This document shows positions 1 through 13,376 of a stretch of 64,000 nucleotides of DNA, piece after piece. The notes below the pieces were generated by a model. The model did not search any database, was not told the DNA's origin, and worked only from the letters and a program-made list of their open reading frames with translations. The first letter of the stretch is position 1. Every line of letters starts with the position of its first letter. A program made the position numbers and the translations under genes. Origin of the DNA: Lytechinus pictus (taxonomy: Eukaryota). The stretch spans positions 14,820,001 to 14,884,000 of the forward strand of contig NC_087252.1 in assembly GCF_037042905.1 (NCBI RefSeq), in the 5' to 3' direction.

Positions 1-3000
1 AAACAAAAATTTCGCTCGCGCTCGCAATCCCTATAAGAGGAAATTTCACTGGCGTACAGATGGCTAGGCGAGGGGGGGGGGGCCCTTGCCGCCACCCCAA
101 ATTTTTAAACGACTAAGAAGAAAAAAGAGAAAAGGAAAGAGAAAATGGTGGAATATGATATCATTTTTAGCTATTATATCAAAATATTTCACAAAATTTG
201 ATTTTTACTTGAAAATCGACATTTTTGCTCGCTCGCTTCGCTTGCAAATTTTTATAAATTTTACGCAATAGGCAATATCTAGCATCCTCGATTTTTGGGG
301 GCTCATTACGCCAGTAAGTGAGACAGTCTACTCTCGAGGACAACATAAAGCTTTATTTAGAGAAAATATGCACACGTTATTTTGCTTGAAGTTTTCTTCT
401 TTTTTGTTTAAAAAGGTACGCATTCTCTTCATGCTTTGAAAAAGTAATGAATGTGAAAAACTAAAATCAGCTTGCACAACGTGCTCGCATTATTTGATAG
501 GCATATTTAGTGAGATATGTATTCTCTTCATAAATCAAAGCAAAGAATCCTTGAAACCGCGTTTCAAATTAGTATATCACTTATTTTCAGCTCGACATGC
601 TCGAGGTTTACATTCATAATAATTGCCGAGAATATCCCACTTAAGGTCTAAATCGCCCCCAAAATCAGCTCTCCCTTCGCGCAAGAATTATTTGGTTAGT
701 GAGATCTTGCCCTACAACTTCTTTAATTTGTTTTAAATGTTAAAATTTGCAACAAAAAAGGGACCCCTATTGCGTTCGCATCATACGTGTTTAGATGTTA
801 ATCCACGTCATTTGAATAAAAAGTCAGCTCGTGCTTCGTGCTCGTATACTATGTTTTTCATAAAACCATGCTTAAACTGTCCAGTTTTTAATGCTAAATT
901 ATCAAAATTTCTCAGCTCGCGCTTTGCGCTCGCATAAATTATTTATTTAGATATCTATTCTGTTCGTGATTACCAAAAGTGATTACAATGTCCCGTTCAT
1001 ACATAAATCTAGAAAAAATCCGCAAACGCCTCGGGCTCGTTTTATCTCTTCTTTATCGAATAGGTGCTTAACATGTCGTTTTACAGGTAGAAGTATATCA
1101 TATTTCAGCTCGCACTTCGCGCTCCCATCATCAATTTAAACTTACTAAGATATCTAATCTTATAAAAAAAAAACAGTGATGTCTTTCAAATTTAAGACTT
1201 TAGTGGGAACTATCCTCCATAAAATAACTAATTTTAGCAGGCGATTGAAAAAAAAATGCTACTGAAAAAAAGGACACTTTTTTTAGGCCGGATTTGCTCA
1301 ATCAATAAACTTTACGAACGTTGGATTTAGGGAATGGTTCAAGCTTCTGCTAATCATATGTTTATTTCTGATTATCATTACGATTGAGATGAAGCTTACA
1401 CATGTATGCTTGTCCTCCTGCTCATCTTGTCCTCCTTGAAATTTCATCCCGTTTTTCATGAAGCCCTCTCTCCTGGGAGCTATTGCAGACCTTTGTGCTC
1501 AAAATAGCCGGCCCCACATTTCACCAAATTTAATATTTTACACGCTTTACTATATAATATAACATTTTCGATCTTCGCCAATATTTTTGTCAAAATTAAA
1601 ATGTATTAATTTGTGTCATTGTTAATATGCGAAAGTGTTATTTCATTATTGATTTAATGAAATGCAAAGACTCCTGAAAAAATGAGAATCGCCTTAAAAA
1701 AGTACATTGAGATTTGTACTTTTCTCATTACTTGATTAATGGACCTGTGTTATTCCTTTTTTTCTTTCTCTATTCTCTATTTTCATAATAATGAATTTTT
1801 ACGAATGATTTCATTTTCCTCTATGCTAAAATCACACCAATGAAACCGACTCCAAGCCGGCCAACTTTAAATAACGTAATACCATTGAACGGTCAGGAGT
1901 CAGTTTAGTTTTTGTGACCATGTCAATAGAGAGTTTCGGCACCGCTACGACAGCTTTCAAAAAGAACATATTGTAAAATACCCTTCATGCAGTGGCGTAA
2001 CAGGCGGGGGCGGGGGGTGGGCAGTTGCCCCCCCCCCCCCGGCGGATTTCACCGGGAAAATAAAAGAAAAACGGGGAAAAGAAAAACAGGAGGGAGAAAG
2101 AAAGGGAAAGGGGAAGGAAAGGGGAAAATGAATAAGGAAAAGGAAAGGGAAAAGAAAACGAAGAAAAAAGCTTTTTTTTATGGTAAAGGAAGGAAAGCGG
2201 GAAAATGTACGAAAGAAAAACATTTGAGAAAGAACAAATCATTCCGAAATAGGCCTATGTAATGCAATAGTACGGTGGGAAATGATGAAAAAATGGCAAC
2301 AATAGCGGAAAACGAAGGTAGAATGTAATTAATCAAAAGCTTAATTGGAAAACAAAGAAAAGGAACAAGAAAAAAATGATAACACGACCGGGCTGCCGAT
2401 GATTGAAATTAAAGAGCGGGAAGAAAGATGGACTGCATACAACATTGTGCAATAAGCTTGCTAAATTTTATGCTAATAAGCGCAGTAGGGGTTCTTCATT
2501 TATATCCTTCAAATGACTCTATAATGCCCCCGTTCAATCATGTTCAATCACTGGCATACAGGCGCGGGGGGGGGGGGTCTTGGTTCCACACCCAAGAGGA
2601 AATAAAATAAATTATAGGAGAAAACGTATAATGAAATGAATGGAAACAATGAAATGTGTTATTTGCTGAATATAATGGAAAAATCTATCACATAATTAAA
2701 ATTTAATTTCAATAGGCTTTTTTTCAAATTACAAATTTTTCACACATTGCTATGTTTTGCCCCCTCGTGGTATTTGGTTCATTACGCAACTGGGTTGAAT
2801 AAAGGTGTTGTGTAAAAGCTATATTCTGTATATGCCCGCGATTTGATTAAAATAGCGGCAATCTGCGAGGTTTAAATGGTTTTGATACCAAGAAGTTCCG
2901 GGGTCTCCGCCCCGGACCTCAAACGCACAGCACTGCGTTTGAAAGGGCTGGGCCATGACCCCAAAAAGTTCTACAAACAAGAACAACAAAAAAAAGGAGG

Positions 3001-3530
3001 AAAGAAAAGCAAAGGAAAAGTGTAGGATATGATTTTATTTACTTAATGTCAAAAAATAGCTCAAAGTTAGATTCTCATTAAAAGTTGATTTTTTTCTCGC
3101 TCGCTTCGCTCGCTCGAGAGCTTTTTAGCACAGTACATGTCCAATACTGCGCCCCTCGTTTTTTTTTTTTTTTTTTGGGGGGGGGGGTACTCCTCTCGCT
3201 ACTTCCGCAAAGAATCTTGTTCACAGTGGTGTACATACCACAAAAAATTTGAATCTAAAGAGAGAAGAATGAAATATTTTATTATTTGGATATCATGTCA
3301 AAATCTATCACAAAATTTGATTTTTTTATTAAAAAGGTCATAATTTTTGCTCGCTCGCTTCGCTCCCTCGCAACTTTTTTTTAAAAGATAAATTCTGCCC
3401 GATACTCAATATCTGGCCTTCTCAAAATAGTCGCCTCATTACACCATTATATACCTGTTCATACCATGATATGACCGGGAATTTTTTTGCTCTTGCCCCC
3501 CCCCCCCCTGGCCACCGACCCCTGTTAAGC
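1..3530. repeat. Cluster of hAT-like MITE fragments and GCTCGCGCTTCGC subrepeats
   Basis: Repeated CAS TGGCGTA...TACGCCA ends with G/C homopolymers (47, 1990, 2549) and recurring ctcgctcgcttcgc motifs. Confidence 0.55.
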
Positions 3531-3766
3531 GGTTGCCTTCATGAAAAAGAGTGTTTGTCGAAAACTGATAGCAGTTTCGTCCTGGACTCTTGACACATGG
3601 CATTCCTGCAATTATTCGTCACCTTTGAAACTTACGATGAAATGTTACTTTGCTTCACCAATTTGTGACAAAGACGTCACAGTTATTTGACTCGCATGTT
3701 TTTTATGTACTTGAAAGCGCTCTGCGCCCCGGTGCAAAAACACGCTATTAAGATGATATACCATAC

Positions 3767-3974
3767 CTCCCCAGCACGCATCAATGATGATAACCTTTGG
3801 CTTTCCAGGCAGTATTCCATTGAACTTTTCAAGCAAAACCGGAATTGCCAGGGACCCATTGTCGTTTCCAAGAACTTCATCCTTGTTGCCATGGCTAGAT
3901 ATGTAGACTACTGCAGATTGTGGGTTACTCTCTCTTAGATCATCCACGAACTTGTTTACAGTTTCATTCATATC
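3767..3974 (-). CDS. Caspase-like gene, catalytic exon (p20 C-terminal half, SHG...DACWG)
   Basis: Translates DMNETVNKFVDDLRESNPQSAVVYISSHGNKDEVLGNDNGSLAIPVLLEKFNGILPGKPKVIIIDACWG, with caspase hallmarks SHG and GKPKxxIxxACxG. Acceptor ttataaaaag|GAT (phase 0); donor GGAG|gtatgg (phase 1). Confidence 0.92.
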
Positions 3975-4493
3975 CTTTTTATAAATAATGAAAAGAAAAT
4001 GAGCATCACAACGGGAAATAATATTTCGGACCCTTCGGAGAAAATTTTAATAAAGGCGATGTTTAATGTGCCCCACTGACTCGAAATGTGGAGGTATGAT
4101 AATAATGATAATACTAATAACTAGTTTTTTATAATGCACTTGAGATGTACTTATATAATCGTTTACATATTTATTATTACCACTGTCATTGGATTCAATC
4201 AGTCATTCCCGCAGAAAATATAGGCACATCCTCCACTCCCTGCGTGGGGAGTATTCCAGTCAGTCGCTATTGGGGGGGGGGGGGCACACAGAACTTGACA
4301 ACCCACAATGAATTTAATATCATACCAGGTACCAACTTATTCATCTTACAATTATTATGTGCTGACACAAATGGTAAACAAGAACAACCAGTGGATAAAT
4401 TACAATGTTAACCCTAACCCCCCTCTAATCCTAGGCCTATTGTTTTCAAATACTGGAACAAGTGTCATGTCACTATTTGGATTGATAAAGTAC

Positions 4494-4679
4494 CTGTTTG
4501 GTGAGATTACTTTTGATAAAGGCATTATTTCGAAAATCATATCCAAGACGTGTTAGGAGCAATGTCATGTTCTGTATATCCTTGTCCGCATAAGGACGTG
4601 GACCACCCCCAGACGAGATGAAGTCGTTCCCTATTATGAGAGCGTTTCCTTTCGTCGAAGAAGTCCACATTTCGTAGTG
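4494..4679 (-). CDS. Caspase-like gene, p20 N-terminal exon
   Basis: HYEMWTSSTKGNALIIGNDFISSGGGPRPYADKDIQNMTLLLTRLGYDFRNNAFIKSNLTKQ matches the caspase pattern YxM...G.ALII.N..F......R.....D...M...L..LG....NLT. 186 nt; tttgtctttcag| and CAG|gtactt; phase 0-0. Confidence 0.92.
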
Positions 4680-5596
4680 CTGAAAGACAAAACAAATCAA
4701 GCGCATGTTATTCATGTATGCCCGAAATGTCAGGGTAAATCTTTTTTCGCGTTTTTCATTTGTATCTAATTTAGTCATTTTCAAGTCATCATATGTATTT
4801 CGATACATAAATGGAAGAAATAAAAACAAAAAGAAATCATAATTGAAAACTAATGTATATAGAGAGTAAGATATGACTCCCAGTAAGACCGAAGCTGATG
4901 TTTCATATTTGACTATGAGTTCTGAATGTATAAGACTAGTTTTAGCGTCCGTATTCCTCTTTAATTGATAAGCCAAGCTTTCAATATACTGTATATATGT
5001 ATGTATATATATATATATACTGTATATATATACACTGGATATGTGTGTATTGATACATATATATATATATAGAGAGAGAGAGAGACAAAGAGAGCCTCCA
5101 AAAATATTTGCTTCGACACTGTAAAAGCAGCAGAAGATCTACACTGGAAGTAAAACAAAATATCCTTATAGTAACGTGGCTATTGTAAAATCTAATGAAT
5201 TGTATATCATTAGAATCAGAAAAGAATAGCCTTCGTTTTTCACCTAGTACAAATTGCTGTCAGTCATTCAAGAATGAAAATGGTAGATTAAGTGAGATAT
5301 TGCATATATTCAGACCTGTCTGTGATCACTAAAATAAATAAGGAAATAAAAATTTAATCTGATTGCACTAATATACAAACGTCAATCAGGTGTCAGCAGT
5401 TGGACATTAGACATTCTTTTATTTTGAAATGCGTGAAATTTAAGAACTGTTTATGAAATGAAAGCATTACATTTCATCACGTCTCTGGGGGGAAAATGAA
5501 ATATGTCATCCGATTTTAGGAAAGCTCGGTTGCGAAATTCTCGCATAGTTCATTATCTCCGTTCACAGTGTTCTCAATGTTCAAATCAAATCATAC

Positions 5597-5658
5597 CAGA
5601 TCTTGATCAGGAACATAACTTTGTGGAACTGGTTTCACTTTGCAATCCTTCCATTTGC
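5597..5658 (-). CDS. Caspase-like gene, linker exon (RKWKDCKVKPVPQSYVPDQDL)
   Basis: Acceptor cattcttgtcatctag|, donor CTG|gtatga. 62 nt, phase 1 to phase 0, open, and joins in frame to the HYEM exon. Not in the ORF track. Confidence 0.8.
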
Positions 5659-6699
5659 CTAGATGACAAGAATGAAAAATTGAGTAATGCAATGAATTGA
5701 TTACATGACAATTGATTCTTAATAAAACAAGAGTAAAGCAAGGTTATGAACATGATAAAAATATATCATTCAAGATAGATAACTTGTCTGAATTAGATTC
5801 ATCAGATTAGACATAGATTAAACCTATAAGTTTAGCCGGGCAAAAAAAGTTTTCAGTAAAACCAGAAAATCGAGAAAAAAAAGGTGTTAGTACGGTATGT
5901 TTCTGCGAAAATCAATCAAACAATAAAGGGTCATTTGTAATCTTTATTTTTTTATTCTCCCTCGTATGTCATGGAATGTAACGATATACAATTTTATTTT
6001 CTCAGAAAAAAATGTAAATGTTTCAACCTGTTCGTCCAATGTATCATCCGACAAATTTTTCGATTATTTGATGAATTTTATTTGCAATTATCGTTTTAAC
6101 AAAATATAATACCAGAAACAAATACATGATTCGTTTACATTCATATAAACAAACATCATGATTGGTTGAGATGACACAGAACAAATAAAAATCAACCCCA
6201 AAATCAGGTCATTACAACATCATAGTAGTATGATATTAACTTTTTACTATGGAACTCAGATCGAATTATATATAGCGCTCAGGGTTTGTGCCGCTAAAAA
6301 CAGTGCGCATGATGCGCGTGATTTTACGAACTGACTCAAAACCCCTGGTTTTGGTAAAAAAAAAAAAACAGCTTCGGTTTCAAAGTTAGCTAATAATGAA
6401 CCTTCACAACCATAATAAGTGGACATATGCTTTATTATTTCAGATTGGGTAATACCTCGTCCTCGTCCTCATATCCTGAGATCGGTTACGAACACCACGA
6501 TAACTGATCGCGAAAATTTTGAAGGACTCACAAATTTTCTGCGATCAATACGATTGCCTCGACTGGTTTGATACGATTTCATTCGATCTCATGCTATCAT
6601 TACTATACGATTAAGACCACAATTTCAATTCAATCGTGTCGCGAACCAAGAACAGTGGGAACTGGGTGTAAAGGATAACTCATGTTAATGATAACGTAC

Positions 6700-6762
6700 G
6701 TGTTTCAGTCTGATCAGTGGAAGGACTGCTATCGGTTTCTTCAACTGCCATCGGTTCCACAT
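6700..6762 (-). CDS. Caspase-like gene, acidic linker exon (DVEPMAVEETDSSPSTDQTET)
   Basis: Acceptor ctaatattattgcag|, donor AC|gtacgt. 63 nt, phase 1-1, in frame with both neighbouring exons. Confidence 0.75.
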
Positions 6763-7269
6763 CTGCAATAATATTAGAAATAAGAATGAATGAATGTACC
6801 TCAATCTCAAGGTAAATAAACATGGGAAGATAAAGAGGTTTTAAAAAGGGAATGACGTGAAGAGAAACAAAAGAAACGGGGGACTGGGAGAATAGAAAAT
6901 TTGCAACTGGGTAAATAAAGCGATGTGAACGCATTCAAAACGCTCATTCAAAGAGATGCTTCAAACGCCTCAATATACCTTTTTGCTGTATTTGGTTTGT
7001 ATGCTGCTGTGTATACATTTTCCTCCCCTGTCCTTGAATGATTTCTTCCTTCACTAAATAAATTTATCAAACCTTATAATATACAACCCTATGTTTACAT
7101 GATTTACAATTTATGTTTATCTGTTTATCTTCTCACGTTTTCTAAATGGGCATGCAGGTGAAATTAAATTTCACTCTTCATTTATCATTAATAATTGTAG
7201 TTTCATGAATGGTCTTTGTTATCTCTCTCTTCCTTCTTCTCTCCACCTTTATTTTCTTTCGCTCATCTC

Positions 7270-7630
7270 ACTACCATGTCACTCGTCTACTACCATTTGG
7301 TCTATCATCAGTTCGTCTACACATGGTCCACTTTCATTTAGTATAATGCCATTACGTCTAATAACCAGTTGGTCCAATAGCCATTTAGTCCATATACCAT
7401 TTGGTCTATAAATTAAACTAAAGTGTTAATTGTGCAAAATGAATGAAAAGAACATGGGTATTAGACCAAATGGTTATTAGACGAAATGGTAATAGACGAA
7501 ATGGTGATTAGACGAAGTGATGATTGGACCAGATTGGACTATATGGATGTTAGACGAAATGTTGATGTACGGAATGACATTAGACTAAATGAAGGTAGAT
7601 CATGTGGGGAGTGGACAAGTTGGCAGTGGA
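7270..7630. repeat. Short-period degenerate repeat (TAGACGAAATGGT-like units) in inverted arms
   Basis: About 15-bp units tagacsaaatggt repeated at 7460-7620, with reverse-complement-like units at 7270-7410. Confidence 0.6.
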
Positions 7631-7886
7631 CGAATTGGCAATTCACACTCTGAAGCCTTGTGCGAAGTTTCATGGAAAAACTGTTGGCAGAAGTAATAAA
7701 AACCGTCCATGAAATAAACCCTTATTTCACTTTTGTTTAAATTTTTACTTCCTCTCTCGTAGACATTGTGTACAATATGGGTGCATATGTTTAGGAATAA
7801 GTAACCCCTTATTCAATATGGTGGAACATTTTTCAAGGCTGTCCTTAGCAATGTCATTTGGCAGTAATGCTTATCAACCTATGGGC

Positions 7887-8699
7887 TAGCCTCTTGTCGA
7901 GGCCCTAGCGGCTGCTTCCTGAACGAAGCGAGCCAGGGCCTCTTGACATCTGAGCCGAATTTCACCGAATTTCTTTAGTTTTTTATTGTTTTTACTGATA
8001 TTCCGACCAAAATTGGTCGGTGAAATCATCCAATGAGAGCGCAGGCTGCAATGACGTCATAATGAATATTCATGAGCTCATTTTGAATGGCGACCCGTGG
8101 ATTATTGGCGAAGAGCATTGAATATGCCTCTAAGATGCTGAAAATTTACCGATTTAAGGATTTGCAAGTCGATGAAATTATATCTGCACTGAAAGGCCGA
8201 GATGTGTTTGTAAATCTACCCACAGGATATGGAAAAAATGTAATCTTTCATGCGATTCCACTTTGCGTCGTTTATCGATCTCCGCGGTGCAGTAACGGAA
8301 TGCTTGAGTCGAGTTGTTCAGTTGGTGCTTCCCGGCCTTGATTCGAGTCTGACCAGGCCGATCTACTGGGAAGTTTCGGGGCGGTGATGGGACTGTTACG
8401 GCTAGTACTAGTAGTAGTAGCACCACTACTTATGGCATTTTGCTGGTTGTAACCCCTTTAGTGTCCCGCAATTAAATGAATCCCTGCAGAATAGTGGACT
8501 ACTAGTATTCCGAACCCCGGACGAAACAGCTTTATCATGTCATTGGTTTACTAGGTGACCGGTAATATTCATGACTCATGTATATTCATTAGGAAGACGT
8601 TCCTCATGAATATATAATTCAGCTCAGATGTGAAGAGGCCCTGGCTCGCTGCGCTCGCTTCGCTCGGGAAGCAGCCGCCAGGGCCTCGACAAGAGGCTA
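7887..8699 (+). mobile_element. Non-autonomous AcademH-type DNA transposon with RecQ-like helicase fragment
   Basis: TIRs TAGCCTCTTGTCGAGGCCCT.../...AGGGCCTCGACAAGAGGCTA. Exact 9-bp TSD CCTATGGGC (7878-7886, 8700-8708). ORF 8087-8341 has Q-motif and motif I-like sequence (FKDLQ...GRDVFVNLPTGYGK). Confidence 0.8.
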
Positions 8700-10616
8700 C
8701 CTATGGGCAGAATTCTTTGCAAAAACCAAATCGATTTGTTTATTTATGGATGAGTGAGCCCACATCAAAGGGGAAAAGGGGCATTTTCAATGTCAAAGAC
8801 TCATTTTGAGGAGTAATAAAGTGAAAATGTGAGCAAATTCGGTTTCAAATGTGGCTTAATTGCCATTTTTTTATCATCCATAATTTTTATCACCACATAT
8901 ACTTTCCAAACTTTTTACATTTTCATGATTGAGGGAGCACAATCGAAAACTTGGGAATGAATAGTCTTTATGCTGCATAAAGGTATTCTTTCCCCAACAA
9001 TTTCTGAGAATCAGCAGAATTTATAAACAAATCAGTGGTGGATCTAGAATTTAAAAATGGGGAGGGGCCGAGTAACTCGGCATTTTCCAATTTCCTTGAC
9101 ATGTTAACCCCTATGATGATACGTCACAAAAATGTACTCACTCAACCGTGAACAAACAAAATTGTGTGTGGAATGGCTAAATGATGGATCGTAAAACAGC
9201 ATAAAACCAAAAAATTAACCTAAAAGCAACCTTTGCCCAACTTTGTATTTACACAATCTGAAAAAAGACTCTTGTGACTTTCAAAAATATTAGTTTTCAA
9301 TTCATTCTTTGATTACTCATGCATGACTCATTCGATCAATCTTATTTTTCCCAGGAGTTGCTTAAAGTGATCATTTAACTTTGTTCTGATTTAAAAAAAT
9401 CTCCTTTTGGTTCCTGAAAATGGGCTGAACATTAGGCTTATAGTGTAAAAATACCATCCCAAAAGTTTCAAAGTATTATATTTACAGCATCAATTTTAAA
9501 ACCTTGGAGATGTAAACCAAAGTTTGAAATAATTGGGAGCTGGTTTCAATGGCTATGTGTATACAGGGAATCTGTGCACCACAACACATTAATTCTAGAT
9601 GAATACAGCATGACCTACATACAGTGTGTACAAGGTATACACTGAATGTACAGTGCAGCTAATAGTGTGTGTATAGGAGATACACACAACAGAAGGCAGT
9701 CAAAATAGCCAACGGACTTTTTGAATTGGAGAAAACTGGTCATAAGCGGAACCCGTCTACTAGACGGTTCTCAAAATCAGGCTAATAAATTGCTACTTGT
9801 ATCTAAATTTGAGTTTTTCATCCTATATTGTGGTCGGTTTCAGGGTTTTTGAAGACAAATACAGGCACTCATACGCACATTTCAACTCAGTTTGATAATT
9901 TTTTTAATCAGCTGCTCACAAAGTTAAACGATCCCTTTAATGAGTAAAGAAATTATTCCGTTCGAAAGTAATTTGATATAGGGGGAGTTACTTTTTTGTT
10001 GTGTATAATTTATTCGTATTACAACTCATTCAAGCCATCTCATTCCCATTTTTCCCACTCCATGGTCCATCATTAGTTTTATATACACGTATATGAATCT
10101 CTTTGTCTCTCTCTTTCATTCTCTTATAATCTCTATCTCATTCCCTTTTTTTTCTCTCCTGCTTTCTTAGTGTTGAATTGTAACTTAGTATTTAATGTGT
10201 ATTTATTCCTCCTAGTTACATCATTGAATTGTTTTCATTTAAACAGATGTTTTAAGTCTGCGAATATTAATGTGTGCTTAAATTGAATTTAATTGAAATT
10301 TGAATTATTATCAATGTCAACCTCATGTAATCCGGCCTTTGGGCTGAATTATGTTTTTTTTTCTAAATAAATATCATTTTACGACTACTGCTTGTTCTTT
10401 AACTTATTCTTATTCATGTTCTTGGGGAAACGGGGGTGCTGCGCATGGTATTCTCATTAGGAAGCACCCTTTGTAAATCTGGTAGAAATGTTACCCGAAA
10501 ATTAAACTTTTAGTAAAAATCTTTTTTGTCAAATTTGTACTCAAAGAAAACCACCTTCTTCTTGTAACGAATCCGTTTTTAACAATTTAAACCAGCACCC
10601 CTGTAAAAACAATTAA

Positions 10617-11211
10617 AGGGGAATCCAGCCTTGGCCATAAAATGTTGTGTTGGGAAGTAGAAAAATAAAGTGAACAGAATGGTGAAAGTTTGAAAGAAAT
10701 CGGACAAGCAATAAGAAAGTTATAGCTGCTTTAAAATTGAGATCACTAATACTATGTAGATTTCAAATTGGCAACTGGGTAAGTAAATCATGACAACGGG
10801 CAAGGACAACTTTCGCATAGGCCATGTACTTTATTATCAGGGATTTGTGGTTTTCTCTTAAGTACCCATTCCCCTGGGGCAGTAATATAAATATAACCCA
10901 GGTAGTATATTGTTTTATGTCCTCATGAAAGAAAAATCAAATTTGAAATAAAACTTTTTGGAAAAATGAAATTTTAGCCATAATATGTATTGGAGTACAT
11001 GGAAGAGTAGTCCTTGCCTTACATCACTATGACATCCCATATGCGGCCAATTTGAAGTCTCCATGGGTATAGCGATTACCAATATTTACAACTGTTAAAA
11101 TTTCATAACTTTCTTGTTGTTTGTCCAATATTGTTCAAACTTTGACCTATCAACTTGTCTGATTTTTCTTTTCCTTATTAAAACAAGTTTTTATTTGGGT
11201 TGGATTCCCCT
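10617..11211. mobile_element. TTAA-flanked MITE (Kolobok-like)
   Basis: ttaa|AGGGGAATCCAGCC...GGTTGGATTCCCCT|ttaa with long internal inverted symmetry. Confidence 0.75.
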
Positions 11212-11599
11212 TTAACAAATCGTTCTCAGTGCCCTGTTCTTATTCGTTTGTTTTTTTATTCTTGTTCTTTTTCGTATACATATTCTTATCATTTGAAATC
11301 ATTGCTAGAACTGTAATTGCCGGTGTCATCGTCGCCAAAATGATCACCGTTATTATTGTTATCATTATCATTAATATTAATAGTAGTAGTATTGTTAGTT
11401 GTAATAGAAGTAGAAGTAGTAGTTTATTTAGTGGTAGTACGTTAACATCCACCATTTGATTACAGAAACAATATTATAAGTACATTAAATTTCCTGCATA
11501 AAAAACACTATGCAGTTGGCCTACAATTCTATTCAGAAATTACCCAACCATAGTTTTAGGGAATATTTCATCTATATAATTTTTTTTTATACATAACAA

Positions 11600-13108
11600 T
11601 CCCATGCTAATTTAGATACTCTAACTCATATTCTCAATTCAGAATTCTCTAAAATATCCCAATGGTTTAAAACAAACAAACCCTATGGTTTAATTCAATA
11701 TAAGCAAAACCAATTTTATACACTTTCGAAAAGCTAATCCACACTTACCAGCTCCCAATTTATCAACTGACGGTTTATCTCTTTCTGAAAAGCACTCTAT
11801 CAAATTCTTGGGAGTAACAATTGACTCCAATCTAACGTGGAGTGAACACATACACAATGTACATACATCTATATCAAGAAACATAGGAATAATTTACAAA
11901 TTAAAAGACTTTCTTTCTGAAAAATCATTATTGGTTCTATATAACTCCCTAGTACTTTTACATATGATGTATTGCAATATTGTATGGGGTAAATGTAGTA
12001 TAATGAAAATAAACTCTCTTTTACCTCTTCAAAAACGAGCAATTCGTAACGTTACTCATTCACATTATTTTTCCCACGCAAAACCTCTATTTCAGCGTTT
12101 AAATGCTCTTAAAATACAGGATATTCACACTGAACAAACAGGTATATTTTTGTTTAGATACACTTACAATAAGCTCCCATCATTATTCCAGAATCTATTC
12201 AATTTAAATTCAAATATACATGTATATCCAACAAGTCATTCTTCCGATTATCATTTACACAACCCCAAACTTATTCTTGCTCAAAAATCAGTTCGCCATC
12301 ATGGACCAGATACATGGAATTCCTTACCACAATACTTAAAACAATGTCCCTCTCTTAACTCACTCAAATCATCCTTTAAAAAATTTATGACACGCAAATA
12401 CAATTCTGATTAATTCATGAATATATATAGAGTTCTTCGGGTCTTGGTCAATTTTTAATTTCTATCTGATCTCATAAAGTGTTACATCAGAAAAATTTAT
12501 GTATTGAAAAAAGTATAGTCATAGTATCAAACTTTTCTATCATTTCAAGCTGTAATCCTGGAACCATTCAATAATTCCTAATTAATACTACCCGCACGCC
12601 GTCATATATCGACACACACACACACACACCCTCAACACACACACTTATACATACACACACATTTCTAAATATACATTTGCACACACGCACACATTTGCAC
12701 ATGCACAAACACATGCAAACACGTGAACTGTGCACATAATGTCAGGCATACAAGGTCCTTGCATGTAAATATCGTATTAATAATATCTGTTTATAATTTA
12801 CTTAAGTCAATGCCCGATTTATATTTGACTTCGTTTTCTTTTTTTATTTCGCTATCACGTTTAAGGCCGCTGCCCTAGTCAAGCATTGCTCATGGTAGCG
12901 GTCTCCAGCATTTTTTTTCCTACTCAACAAAGTACAACATATAATATTGCAAACTAACAGTACCTATATACATTTTTGCCAATGAATTACTATTTTGTAT
13001 TCATTTTTGTAAAAGGAAATGTATCACAACTTTTTTAATGTTGTACATTATGTTTGTTACTAATTTCTATTGGAAAAATGCTGAAATAAAATAAAATAAA
13101 ATAAAATA
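11600..13108 (+). mobile_element. 5'-truncated CR1/L2-group LINE (RT C-terminus plus 3' UTR)
   Basis: ORF 11808-12413 (GVTIDSNLTWSEHI...LYNSLV...YCNIVWG...LQKRAIR...GPDTWNSLP) is a typical post-RT region. Ends in an (AAAAT)n tail at ~13085-13108. Confidence 0.85.
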
Positions 13109-13376
13109 TATCAGCAATATATAACAGCAATAATTTACATATTTGTATTTTTACCCATAGACCAATCATGCGAAAAGGGTATGAGGAAGCAAATTTGAAA
13201 ACTTGTTCACACCAAATTTTGAATAATATGCATCACATTTGATAAAAAAAAATTATATTACCGCCATATTAATTACCTGCTTTGTTTTCAAGTAAATAGC
13301 TAGAAACAAAATCAGTGCAAATACAACGCTCATAGTCCTATTATAGTATGGCTAGTATTTCCTTTAAAAATCCTTG

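Noticed and set aside
1400..1473. Possible next caspase exon (ctcccag|...TGT|gtaagc) on the minus strand
   Set aside because: The phase-1 frame hits TGA within six codons and there is no p10 similarity. The p10 exons probably lie left of the window.
1957..2262. Short ORFs in low-complexity or MITE sequence (also 11229-11459, 48303-48779, 58586-58918)
   Set aside because: They arise from purine-rich tracts, trinucleotide repeats or palindromic elements and have no domain or splice support.
5080..5143. Strong acceptor ttttgttttacttccag within the caspase gene
   Set aside because: No convincing donor; it runs into (GA)/(TA) microsatellites. Exons 5658-5597 and 4679 already join in frame.
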